Source of the DNA: a virus
Lineage: Duplodnaviria > Caudoviricetes
DNA: 37,670 nucleotides
IMG/VR virus record: IMGVR_UViG_3300031519_000078
Coordinates: 1 to 37,670 of that record
Strand: one strand, 5' to 3'
The translations under genes were made by a program, and so were the position numbers. This document shows, in pieces, positions 10,681-18,481 of this stretch. Each line of letters starts with the position of its first letter. The stretch's first letter is position 1. The notes under the pieces are model-generated. The model did no database searches. It worked only from the letters and a program-made list of their open reading frames with translations, and was not told the DNA's origin.

Positions 10681-11433
10681 ATGGGTTACATACTCTATGA
10701 TAACGTTCTGCGAGGCTCCACGGTCACCTCTGACGACTCTACCGGCATAGCGAGCGCGTTAGATGGCCGTACTAGCTCAAGCGCTTTGTGGACCGATACA
10801 GGCGCAACTAGGACCACTGTTATTGATTGCGCGACAGCTCAGAGTGTGGACGCGCTAGGGATTGGCCGCAACAATCTAGGCACTCAAAACGCAACAGTTG
10901 TTATAGCTGGATCATCTAACAACTCAAGTTATACAACGCTTTTTACGATAACGCCAGCTGATGACAGCGTGGTGATGGAATCAATCAGCTCAGTTAGCTA
11001 TCGTTATTACAGGATACAGATAACAGCACAAGATGCAGACGTATATATAACAGACATAGCGTTAGGCGTCAGGCTTGACCTAGAGCGAGACCAGAAAGGC
11101 GGGTACATATCGCCTGAATTCGCAGACGGTGACCAGATCACACCCAACACAACACGCGGCCAAAACTTGGCAGGCTTGACGCTTAAAACCGGATTTAAAA
11201 GCGTCACTATTAACCTACCCTATTATACACGTAGCGGATTCTTTTCTTATTGGGCGGACTTTATAGCGAGCGCTAAACAATACCCGTTTTATATTGTTTG
11301 GGATTTGGCAGGCAATGAACAGCCTTTTTATTGTTGGTTTAAAAAGAAAATTCCACAGCCTCAGTTTTCTAAAAACGTACCCGGTTACGCTTATTTGAAT
11401 GGCAGTATGATTCTAGAGGGTCTAACAGTTTGA
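10681..11433 (+). CDS. Putative distal tail protein
   Basis: Follows the tape measure gene; contains a discoidin-like YRYYRIQIT segment. Confidence 0.55.
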   Translation: MGYILYDNVLRGSTVTSDDSTGIASALDGRTSSSALWTDTGATRTTVIDCATAQSVDALGIGRNNLGTQNATVVIAGSSNNSSYTTLFTITPADDSVVMESISSVSYRYYRIQITAQDADVYITDIALGVRLDLERDQKGGYISPEFADGDQITPNTTRGQNLAGLTLKTGFKSVTINLPYYTRSGFFSYWADFIASAKQYPFYIVWDLAGNEQPFYCWFKKKIPQPQFSKNVPGYAYLNGSMILEGLTV

Positions 11434-13013
11434 GTTATTCGGATGATATAGCAAAAGTTAGCCGCTCATTAACCTACATTGTTAAAATAGGTCTGACAGA
11501 GCCAGACACTGAAAACGCGCAATGTTATGTGACAGAAGGCGAGATTCCACCCACAGAAGGCTATCACGCTTGTATTAACCGGGTGGAATGGATACCCGCA
11601 CGCGCTACGGTTGAGGGTGGTCTAGGCTATTTAGGGGAAGTTTCCATAAGCCTATCGGATTTTAAATATGGTGCGCGTGGTACGTATTTTGGCAAAATGA
11701 TTGGAAAGAATCCGTACTATTTAAACCGTATGTTAGAAATCTATGTAGGGTATTATCAACACGGTGATACTTTTAACCTATCCAATTTTCAAAAAAGAAC
11801 CTACTTTTTAAAACGCATTGATGGACCAGACGACAAAGGCAACGTAAAAATACAGGCGGCAGATGTTTTATCACGCTTAAACGAGTCAGAGATTCCAGCG
11901 GCAACGTATGGCGAGTTGAGCGGATCGCTTGCAGCAGCGGCAACCGGCACTATAAACATAACAGACAATACAGGGTTTGCAGCCGGGGCAGGCTATGCCA
12001 TTATCGGTGACGAGGTCGTTTCCTACAGCGCTACCAGCGGCGCGGACAGCATTATCATAGATGGCAGAGGGCAGGCAGGGACGACGGACGAAGACCACGA
12101 CGCAGCCGACCCCGTGCGCTTTGTATATCAGAATAGTGGTAATGCGGTTGATGTAATCCGCGATATCATAGAAGACTACACAGATATAGATCATGCCTCA
12201 TACATTCCAGATACTGACTGGAACAGTGAAAGAGATAATAAACTATTATCGGAGGACGTTGATTTGTGGGTGATTGAACCCACGAAAGTTAAAGATATTG
12301 TTGATAAATTAGCGAATCAATCCTACTCCAATTTATGGTGGGATGATGCAGCGCAGGAAATAAAATTTCAAGCGCTAGGGCCGACACTAACGGGTACTGT
12401 GACGTGGACCGACGACGAAAATATACTAGACGGTAAAGCCACTATTAAGCGCGACCAACGCAGTATATTAACTGCGGTGTGGGTGTTTTTCGGCAAGAAT
12501 GACAAAACGTCAGGCGATGACGCAAAGAACTTTGATTCTGTATATATCAAAATAGATTCAGTTATTGAGGCGAACTTAGGCGAGGAGAAAGTAAAAAAAA
12601 TATACGCGGATTCTTTGCCGGACACTTCAACAGCAACAGCCAGCAAAATAAGCAACAGGTTAATATCACAAAATAAAGAGCCTATTGTATTTACGTGTTA
12701 TGTTGATGCAAAAGATAGCGCTGTAAATGTCGGTGACGCAGTAACAATTGACACCGATTTAATACAAGATTTTGAAGGCTATAACAAGCCGGTTATAATG
12801 CGCGTTATTGAAAAGGCGCAGAAGAAAAACAACCAGTACTTTTATAAGCTTGTAAAAACAGGGCAGGAAGTTACAGACAGGTACGCGATAATTGGGCCGG
12901 ACACGCTAGGCGCTTACACAGCGGAGAGCGAAAGCAGCAGAAACAACTACGGATTTATTGCCAACAACTCTAATTTAATGAGTAACGGCGATGACCCCTA
13001 TTTAATCCAATAA
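11430..13013 (+). CDS. Putative baseplate hub / tail tip protein
   Basis: Synteny; RGQAGTT..DH motif common in tail tip proteins. Confidence 0.6.
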   Translation: MSYSDDIAKVSRSLTYIVKIGLTEPDTENAQCYVTEGEIPPTEGYHACINRVEWIPARATVEGGLGYLGEVSISLSDFKYGARGTYFGKMIGKNPYYLNRMLEIYVGYYQHGDTFNLSNFQKRTYFLKRIDGPDDKGNVKIQAADVLSRLNESEIPAATYGELSGSLAAAATGTINITDNTGFAAGAGYAIIGDEVVSYSATSGADSIIIDGRGQAGTTDEDHDAADPVRFVYQNSGNAVDVIRDIIEDYTDIDHASYIPDTDWNSERDNKLLSEDVDLWVIEPTKVKDIVDKLANQSYSNLWWDDAAQEIKFQALGPTLTGTVTWTDDENILDGKATIKRDQRSILTAVWVFFGKNDKTSGDDAKNFDSVYIKIDSVIEANLGEEKVKKIYADSLPDTSTATASKISNRLISQNKEPIVFTCYVDAKDSAVNVGDAVTIDTDLIQDFEGYNKPVIMRVIEKAQKKNNQYFYKLVKTGQEVTDRYAIIGPDTLGAYTAESESSRNNYGFIANNSNLMSNGDDPYLIQ

Positions 13014-13029
13014 AAGCAGGTGTTATACA

Positions 13030-14022
13030 ATGTCCTACAGTAATATTACAAACCCAGAGGTCGCGGCTGACGCAGCGCTAACAACCGGTTTAATGACAAA
13101 GTTACGTGATAACCCCGAGGCGATAGCTCTAGGTTTGAGCGGTGCCACTAGAGTAACAGAGGCCGGTCTAGAAACGGGCGCAGTTCATCAGAACCAACTA
13201 GACACAACAACGCAAGATATAGACTTGACGGCTTCGGTTAATAACGCCTCATCTTACGGCACTTTTTTAATGACTTCGGCCCAATATTTTTTAGGCTTTA
13301 AATATGGCTCGCCTGATACTTCTAGTTCTTCTGCGTCCGTTTATTGCAGCGTGCAAACCGGTAGGGCACAAACTAATTTTAATACTGAGAATTGCTATGG
13401 TGAAGTAGGCGTGGCAGATACGGGTGCCTACACAGACCTAACGGTTGAATCTGAATGGCGCTATGTAACAGCTTCAGGGCCGTTTGATTTGGGAGACGGT
13501 GAGATCCCAACATTTATATTTGTATTAATGAGAGATGGCAAGCCGCGCATGGTGTCAGCTTGTGATATCCCACCGTGGGCATACAATGGACCAACAGAGA
13601 TAACGCCTACCCGTGTTTTTAGATCGGAAAATGGATCATTAAAAAAATATAAAACAGTCGTTAATATTAACGATGATGGAGAGATAGAGCGGAAGGAGGT
13701 AGAAATTAACATGGAAATGAAGAATAGAGACATTAATCTACTTCCGCAACCTTTCATTAAAGAGCCAGGTGATGAGGTGATATTAATTGATCCTGTTGAA
13801 ACATTACAGCTTAAAGAGCTTAGAACGGGCGGTTTAAAATTTAGCAGCCTTTTATTTAAAGATTATATTCGTTTGGACAATACGCCAATCAAAAGAAAAT
13901 CACCCAACGGCGTAAGACCAACACGTTACAAATGGAAAAACACACGGCGCAAAGCTGGCGAAATGATGGCAGATAGGCGGCAAGGCGTGGGGGCGTTTTC
14001 TAAAAAAATAGTTGACGTGTAA
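13030..14022 (+). CDS. Putative minor tail protein
   Basis: Last gene of the tail operon; N-terminal LMTKLRDN-type anchor motif. Confidence 0.5.
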   Translation: MSYSNITNPEVAADAALTTGLMTKLRDNPEAIALGLSGATRVTEAGLETGAVHQNQLDTTTQDIDLTASVNNASSYGTFLMTSAQYFLGFKYGSPDTSSSSASVYCSVQTGRAQTNFNTENCYGEVGVADTGAYTDLTVESEWRYVTASGPFDLGDGEIPTFIFVLMRDGKPRMVSACDIPPWAYNGPTEITPTRVFRSENGSLKKYKTVVNINDDGEIERKEVEINMEMKNRDINLLPQPFIKEPGDEVILIDPVETLQLKELRTGGLKFSSLLFKDYIRLDNTPIKRKSPNGVRPTRYKWKNTRRKAGEMMADRRQGVGAFSKKIVDV

Positions 14023-14040
14023 GCGCGAGGGCGCTATTAT
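14012..14040 (+). promoter_or_regulatory. sigma70 promoter of the CRISPR-like mini-array
   Basis: TTGACG-17 bp-TATTAT; inverted repeat AGCGC-GAGG-GCGCT in the spacer. Confidence 0.75.
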
Positions 14041-14054
14041 ATTTTCAGTTTGTT

Positions 14055-14170
14055 GTATACTGCCGGATAGGCAGCTTAGAAATATTAGTGACGAACTTAT
14101 GAGTATACTGCTGTACAAGCAGCTTAGGAATATTAATCGCAGACTTTGTTGTCAACTGCTGAACAAGCAG
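14055..14170 (+). CRISPR. Type I-F-like mini-array (3 repeats, two 20-nt spacers), no cas genes
   Basis: Repeats GTATACTGCCGGATAGGCAGCTTAGAAA (14055-82), GTATACTGCTGTACAAGCAGCTTAGGAA (14103-30) and GTCAACTGCTGAACAAGCAG (14151-70) resemble the I-F consensus GTTCACTGCCGTACAGGCAGCTTAGAAA; 48-nt period. Confidence 0.85.
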
Positions 14171-14197
14171 AAAAAAGGGGGCTTAATTGCCCCTTTT
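14171..14197. terminator. Probable bidirectional intrinsic terminator
   Basis: AAAAAAGGGGGC-TTAATT-GCCCCTTTT between convergent transcription units. Confidence 0.7.
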
Positions 14198-14455
14198 CTA
14201 TTCTAGATCTATCAGCTTTTCGCTGTATAAGCCATCAATAAAAGCATCCAGCGCCTTACGCGGCATAGGTCTATATGCTGGACTCTGGTTGCCCGTCTTA
14301 GTAGACCATGATTTGACTTTAGAGCGGGTGACGTTTTTTACTCCTTGCTTTTCAAAAATATCTAATACCAGCTCAATATCTTTGTGAATTCTCAACAACA
14401 AAAGAAGATGCCTAAAACAGTCGTTTGTGGGTATAAATTCCATTATAGTTAGCAC
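14198..14455 (-). CDS. DUF1456/YehS-like protein
   Basis: ND.FR....L...VTRSKVKSW...YRPMP...LDAFIDGL resembles a single YehS repeat. Confidence 0.55.
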   Translation of the reverse strand: MLTIMEFIPTNDCFRHLLLLLRIHKDIELVLDIFEKQGVKNVTRSKVKSWSTKTGNQSPAYRPMPRKALDAFIDGLYSEKLIDLE

Positions 14456-14459
14456 CTAT

Positions 14460-14936
14460 TTATATATAATATCGACGATCTAAAGCGGTATTTATTACCT
14501 CATTAAAAGTTAACCGTCCTTTTCTCAATCTTTCGCAAGTGCTAGGGTAAGGTATATCTAACTGCATACACAAATCACGCAAACTTTTATATTCATAGCC
14601 TTTGTAATTTACGGTTTTAGCCGGACGGCCTACCCTTCCAGGTTGCAGCTTTATAGCCTTACTAATCGAGCCGCCACACTGCCAAACACGCTTAGCCAAC
14701 GTTTTAGGGTTTACGTTCAGCTTGTGCGCGTCAATCAAATCTTTATACGTTCTATAAGTTTTCCCCTTATATCTTACCATATTGTGAAAATTCGGCGTGA
14801 ATTCAACAGCCTGCTTTACTGTTAACTTTCGCCTATATATTCTACCCATAATTGTCGGGTAATTATAACCGTTTTGTATACACAGATCCCTTATAGACCT
14901 GTACTTTCTACCTTTGTATTTTACGGGTATTTTCAA
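14460..14936 (-). CDS. Basic protein with three tandem putative HTH DNA-binding repeats
   Basis: V.YKG..Y.S..DL repeated three times at ~50-aa spacing; RBS AGGAGG before TTG. Confidence 0.65.
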   Translation of the reverse strand: MKIPVKYKGRKYRSIRDLCIQNGYNYPTIMGRIYRRKLTVKQAVEFTPNFHNMVRYKGKTYRTYKDLIDAHKLNVNPKTLAKRVWQCGGSISKAIKLQPGRVGRPAKTVNYKGYEYKSLRDLCMQLDIPYPSTCERLRKGRLTFNEVINTALDRRYYI

Positions 14937-14974
14937 TCTTTACCCTCCTTGACTTGCCCTGATTCAGTAAGGTA

Positions 14975-15003
14975 ATAATAACCTCTCGACCGGTCACAGT
15001 CAA
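14975..15003 (-). promoter_or_regulatory. sigma70 promoter with GACCGGTCAC operator
   Basis: TTGACT-17 bp-TATTAT; operator at 14988-14997. Confidence 0.75.
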
Positions 15004-15020
15004 GAGGTATTAATAGGTTT

Positions 15021-15491
15021 TTACAATTCGCTAGAATTTACTACTGTATAAAATCCATCAGCGTAACCACCAAGCTCAAACCATTCACCATTTAACTCCA
15101 TATCTCTAGAGAATCTTTCATGATCAATATAGAATTCCAAGTGTTCCGGAACTTCCATAACCTCATTCATATATTCAACAGCGTAATCTTTTGCCCTTTG
15201 ATCTACTATGTTAACGTTTTCATAGTTGTCAAATGCATATTCCAGAGGATAATTTAAAGTTTCAGCCAGAAAAAGAACCTTTCTAATCGTGTCCTGGTCA
15301 GCATCCGCAAACTCATTAAAAAATCGTTCTATCAGTCTGCAATCATCCGCAACTAGGTTACCTATTGCGTTACCTTCTAATAAGTGAATCTCATGATCAT
15401 GATCTTGATCAATGTTATTGTCTAGTGTTTCGATATCGCTGAAACTGAAAGAAGTGCTGCTGTATAAATTTACTGCTAAAAATGTACCCAT
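15021..15491 (-). CDS. ardA: ArdA-like antirestriction protein (DNA mimic)
   Basis: Very acidic; C-terminal EVPEHLEFYIDHERFSRDMELNG matches the ArdA motif; RBS GGAG before ATG 15491. Confidence 0.8.
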   Translation of the reverse strand: MGTFLAVNLYSSTSFSFSDIETLDNNIDQDHDHEIHLLEGNAIGNLVADDCRLIERFFNEFADADQDTIRKVLFLAETLNYPLEYAFDNYENVNIVDQRAKDYAVEYMNEVMEVPEHLEFYIDHERFSRDMELNGEWFELGGYADGFYTVVNSSEL

Positions 15492-15561
15492 GATGATGTT
15501 CTCCAATGTAGAGTTTAACGTTTGTTTGCGTTGCTTGGCTTGTGCCCCTCAACGTGTAACT

Positions 15562-15590
15562 ATATTAACAATGGACCGGTCACGCGTCAA
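15562..15590 (-). promoter_or_regulatory. ardA promoter with GACCGGTCAC operator
   Basis: TTGACG-17 bp-TAATAT; operator at 15574-15583. Confidence 0.75.
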
Positions 15591-15636
15591 CAACTATATA
15601 TAGAAATAATGAAATTAATTTAATCTCAATTAACTC

Positions 15637-15665
15637 TTGACAATTGACCGGTCACAGTCTAATAT
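15637..15665 (+). promoter_or_regulatory. Divergent promoter with TGACCGGTCA operator
   Basis: TTGACA-17 bp-TAATAT; operator at 15645-15655. Confidence 0.8.
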
Positions 15666-15675
15666 AGGTACATGT

Positions 15676-15765
15676 TGAGGCAGCACACACACAGAGAAAA
15701 GGGGGTATATCTCATGTCTGAGTAATGAAAACGTTACATGAGGCAGCACACACAGAGAAAAGGGG
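15676..15765 (+). repeat. Direct repeat of a leader/RBS element
   Basis: TGAGGCAGCACACAC(AC)AGAGAAAAGGGG at 15676 and 15739. Confidence 0.85.
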
Positions 15766-15771
15766 CAATGT

Positions 15772-15927
15772 ATGACAATGAGCGCAGCAGAGCGCAAGCG
15801 CTCAGAGCGTGAGCGCAAAGTGAAAGCGGGAATGGTCAGGTTTGAGGGGTGGACATATCCCGAGCTAAAAGACAAGATTAAAAAGTATGCAGACAAAACA
15901 AACGCAGCTTATGAAAATCAAAAGTAG
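15772..15927 (+). CDS. 51-aa basic protein, candidate RHH-like regulator
   Basis: MTMSAAERKRSERERKVKAGMVRFEGWTYPELKDKIKKYADKTNAAYENQK; RBS AAGGGG; absent from the ORF track. Confidence 0.7.
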   Translation: MTMSAAERKRSERERKVKAGMVRFEGWTYPELKDKIKKYADKTNAAYENQK

Positions 15928-16369
15928 AAAGGAGGTAGAGCAATATTTAAACAGTGATAAAATAGAGTGCTTAGAGTGCGGGAAGCGCTTCAAGTTTCTA
16001 CCCGTGCATATAAACAGAACGCACGGGCTAAGCGCTCCAGAGTACCGACAGCGCTACAATCTGCCAGCGGGAACACCTTTGGCAGGGTTAGAGTACAGGC
16101 GCGCACAGAGCGACAAATTGAAGCGCATGATTGATGCTGGGACACTCACACATGACCACCTTCCTAATGCTGTCGAAGCAGCCAGGAAATCAGAGCGGCC
16201 GAGGCGCACAGATTATGACCTGGCTGAACAGTCAGAAAGAGCGGCTAGCATAGAGCGCGATCAATTAGAGCTAGGATCTCGTCGAAAGGATGGCAGGGAC
16301 GCAGACAGAGCGCGAGAGTATCAGCGTGAGTATCGAACGCGGGAGAAAAGGGAGAAAAATAAAAAGTAA
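15887..16369 (+). CDS. Ros/MucR-family zinc-finger protein
   Basis: IECLECGKRFKFL..HI..THGLS..EYR..YNLP..TPL motif. Confidence 0.85.
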   Translation: MQTKQTQLMKIKSRKEVEQYLNSDKIECLECGKRFKFLPVHINRTHGLSAPEYRQRYNLPAGTPLAGLEYRRAQSDKLKRMIDAGTLTHDHLPNAVEAARKSERPRRTDYDLAEQSERAASIERDQLELGSRRKDGRDADRAREYQREYRTREKREKNKK

Positions 16370-16613
16370 GTGGTCCAAAAGTGGTCCCTTTATTTTTTAG
16401 GCAAGGGACTTTTTAGTGGGTGTTTGGCTATAAGCCTTGCTGCGTATGGTGCCCAGGGCCGGAATCGAACCGGCACGACCGTTAAGCCGAGGAATTTTAA
16501 GTCCCTTGTGCGTGTCCCATCACCCCTACAGGCCCCGAAAACACTAGCGCCTGCATTAGACTATAGTACCTTTTAGCGCCTATTTGGACCACCAAGTGGT
16601 CCAAAAGTGGTCC
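16368..16613. other. attP with integrase arm-type sites
   Basis: AAGTGGTCCAAAAGTGGTCC at 16368 and 16594, plus inverted TTTGGACCAC at 16583, flanking the tRNA fragment next to int. Confidence 0.85.
16447..16510 (-). other. attP core: 3' part of tRNA-Leu(UAA)
   Basis: Minus strand CACAAGGGACTTAAAATTCCTCGGCTTAACGGTCGTGCCGGTTCGATTCCGGCCCTGGGCACCA has anticodon arm, long variable arm, T arm and CCA; 5' end and D arm absent. Confidence 0.9.
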
Positions 16614-17546
16614 TTAGTTTTCGAGGACTTTATCAATATCAATGCTTGAACCATGGGCATATCGGCTTGTAACAGATAGCGAACTATGGCCTAAAATATC
16701 TCGCAGCACTGAAGCGGAGACGCCTTTTCTCATCAGTAGGGTGGCGTAACTATGGCGCAAGTCATGCAGCCTAATCTCTGGCCTATTGATCAGTTTTCTA
16801 GCAATCTCAAAATCACGTCGGAGCTTAGCTTCAGTTAAATCAAACGGTAAGCTCTGGCATATTGGCCATAAATTTCTAGGCACTGGGACAGTTCGACGCT
16901 TTCCACTCTTTGATTGATTTACAGTCAAATAACCATCCTGGAAATCAGTGCAATGAATTGCAAGCAATTCGCTACGCCTCAACCCTGTATAAGCGGCCAG
17001 CTTTATAAAGTCGGCTGTTACTGGCGATCTACAAGCAGCTATCAGCTCACCAATCTCGCTGGTGGTTAAATAATGATATCTTGCTGTGTTGCGTTCAGAG
17101 AGTAATGATATTTTTTCTGCCAGCGGAAAGTCTAATAGTCCCCACTCTCGATATGCAAGATTGAGCACGCGACGCACACAAGCAAGCCGCCTATTTACTG
17201 TCTGATTGCTCAAGCCGTTAGAGATAAAAACCTCTTTCATGTGAGTTGCATATTCTGGTACATCGGTCAAGTTTACATCTTTTAGATAGATAAGCGTGTT
17301 TCTTATGTGAGAGTGCATTGATTGAGGCGCGCCATTTTTTCCCCATTTTAAGCACGCCTCACCATATGTACAAGCTGGTGCTTTACCCAAAAACGCATTG
17401 TTTTCGGTTTGGTGTAGCCGTCTTTTTATTTCAAGCTCTATCTGTTCGGCTTCTTTCCTGGTGCCCCGAACAGTTTTTTTAATTCGTTGTCCATCGATTT
17501 GAACGCGGACGATATAAACACCATCTTTCTGTTGTTTAATTGACAT
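16614..17546 (-). CDS. int: Tyrosine integrase
   Basis: YTGLRRSE, HDLRH, LGH and RYAH catalytic motifs. Confidence 0.95.
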   Translation of the reverse strand: MSIKQQKDGVYIVRVQIDGQRIKKTVRGTRKEAEQIELEIKRRLHQTENNAFLGKAPACTYGEACLKWGKNGAPQSMHSHIRNTLIYLKDVNLTDVPEYATHMKEVFISNGLSNQTVNRRLACVRRVLNLAYREWGLLDFPLAEKISLLSERNTARYHYLTTSEIGELIAACRSPVTADFIKLAAYTGLRRSELLAIHCTDFQDGYLTVNQSKSGKRRTVPVPRNLWPICQSLPFDLTEAKLRRDFEIARKLINRPEIRLHDLRHSYATLLMRKGVSASVLRDILGHSSLSVTSRYAHGSSIDIDKVLEN

Positions 17547-17746
17547 TCTAATTTCCTGCTTCGCTTTCGTCTAAGTAAAAAGCTGTTTAAGTCGTGAGGG
17601 TCGATTCTATCCCCACGGCAGCTAGAACCCAAGCTAATTACAGGCAAGTAACCGCCTTTTATCCATCGATTAAGCTGTTTAACTGAGACGGCCGCACGAT
17701 CAGCGGCTTCTTTTTTAGTTATCAATTCCATTTGAATCAATTCCAT
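17438..17746 (-). CDS. xis: Excisionase-like HTH protein
   Basis: LITKKEAADRAAVSVKQLNRWIKGG.LP HTH; lies upstream of int. Confidence 0.75.
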   Translation of the reverse strand: MELIQMELITKKEAADRAAVSVKQLNRWIKGGYLPVISLGSSCRGDRIDPHDLNSFLLRRKRSRKLECQLNNRKMVFISSAFKSMDNELKKLFGAPGKKPNR

Positions 17747-17751
17747 TCAAA

Positions 17752-17928
17752 TCACTTCCCGAGAGTATTAACAGACCTGTAGTGTATCAATCCAATAATT
17801 AAATAAAAGAGAGATGTAAACAATAGAATCATAGAGAATACGCAGTCACCTTTTTGGTTAGCGTAGTATGCCCCAACACAGTGCGCCAGGGATTGCACAA
17901 GACATAACAAAGATATTAGCTTATTCAT
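17752..17928 (-). CDS. Small hydrophobic protein (58 aa)
   Basis: MNKLISLLCLVQSLAHCVGAYY...; two hydrophobic segments; fills the operon gap. Confidence 0.5.
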   Translation of the reverse strand: MNKLISLLCLVQSLAHCVGAYYANQKGDCVFSMILLFTSLFYLIIGLIHYRSVNTLGK

Positions 17929-17935
17929 ATAAACC

Positions 17936-18478
17936 TTATTCGTTCAAGCCTGTTTTTTCATCAAGTAGATCAGTTAATGTTGAATTAAATTCATTATCAT
18001 AAAATTTATTGTGATTGTGCGCGTGCTCATGGCATGGCGAGCACAATCCTACCAGCTGATACAGAAGCTCACAACCTACATTTCTATATGTGAGGTGGTG
18101 GACCTGGTCTATTTTAGCTAACCTGCAACCCTCACAAATACCACCGGCTCTATCAATAACTAGCTGGCGTTTTTGCTGCCATTTTTCAGATTCTAAATAG
18201 GCATTATACTTAACAAAAAAATCTCTTTTATGCAATTTACCCAACGCCTCATTGTTTCCAATAATTAGCCTGTAATCATCTTTAGAGCAACCTACTCTAT
18301 TTAGAAAATCTTCATCAAAGCAGGGCACTTTAGCATGCCCTAATTCATGAAAAGCTTTCTCTTTTTTAATGGCAGCACCCACGCGGTTACCGCACGCCAT
18401 GCACTGGTAAACCATTTGAAAAGATCCGCCTTTTATCTTTTTTTTGCGTATTTGAGTGATCTTGTGGGTGCAATGCAT
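17936..18478 (-). CDS. Zn-finger/HNH-like protein
   Basis: YNAYLESEKW, CEGC, VHHLTY and LCSPCH motifs. Confidence 0.75.
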   Translation of the reverse strand: MHCTHKITQIRKKKIKGGSFQMVYQCMACGNRVGAAIKKEKAFHELGHAKVPCFDEDFLNRVGCSKDDYRLIIGNNEALGKLHKRDFFVKYNAYLESEKWQQKRQLVIDRAGGICEGCRLAKIDQVHHLTYRNVGCELLYQLVGLCSPCHEHAHNHNKFYDNEFNSTLTDLLDEKTGLNE

Positions 18479-18481
18479 TTA

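Noticed and set aside
833-13757. Many alternate-frame and antisense ORFs inside structural genes
   Set aside because: Shadow ORFs of well-supported genes with no recognisable motifs
14012-14206. 64-aa ORF over the mini-array
   Set aside because: Its start is the -35 box and its repeated QLRNI reflects the RNA repeats; probably spurious
14996-15017. CC plus TATTAAT (minus strand) match to spacer 2 beside a promoter -35
   Set aside because: Only a 7-nt AT-rich seed match; too weak, though the location merits a test
15460-15475. LexA-box-like CTGTATAAATTTACTG
   Set aside because: Ends in CTG rather than CAG and lies inside the ardA coding sequence
16447-16510. Functional tRNA gene
   Set aside because: Lacks the 5' acceptor strand and D arm; it is the att core
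16370-16576. 68-aa ORF across attP
   Set aside because: Antisense to the tRNA fragment and overlaps arm sites; probably non-coding
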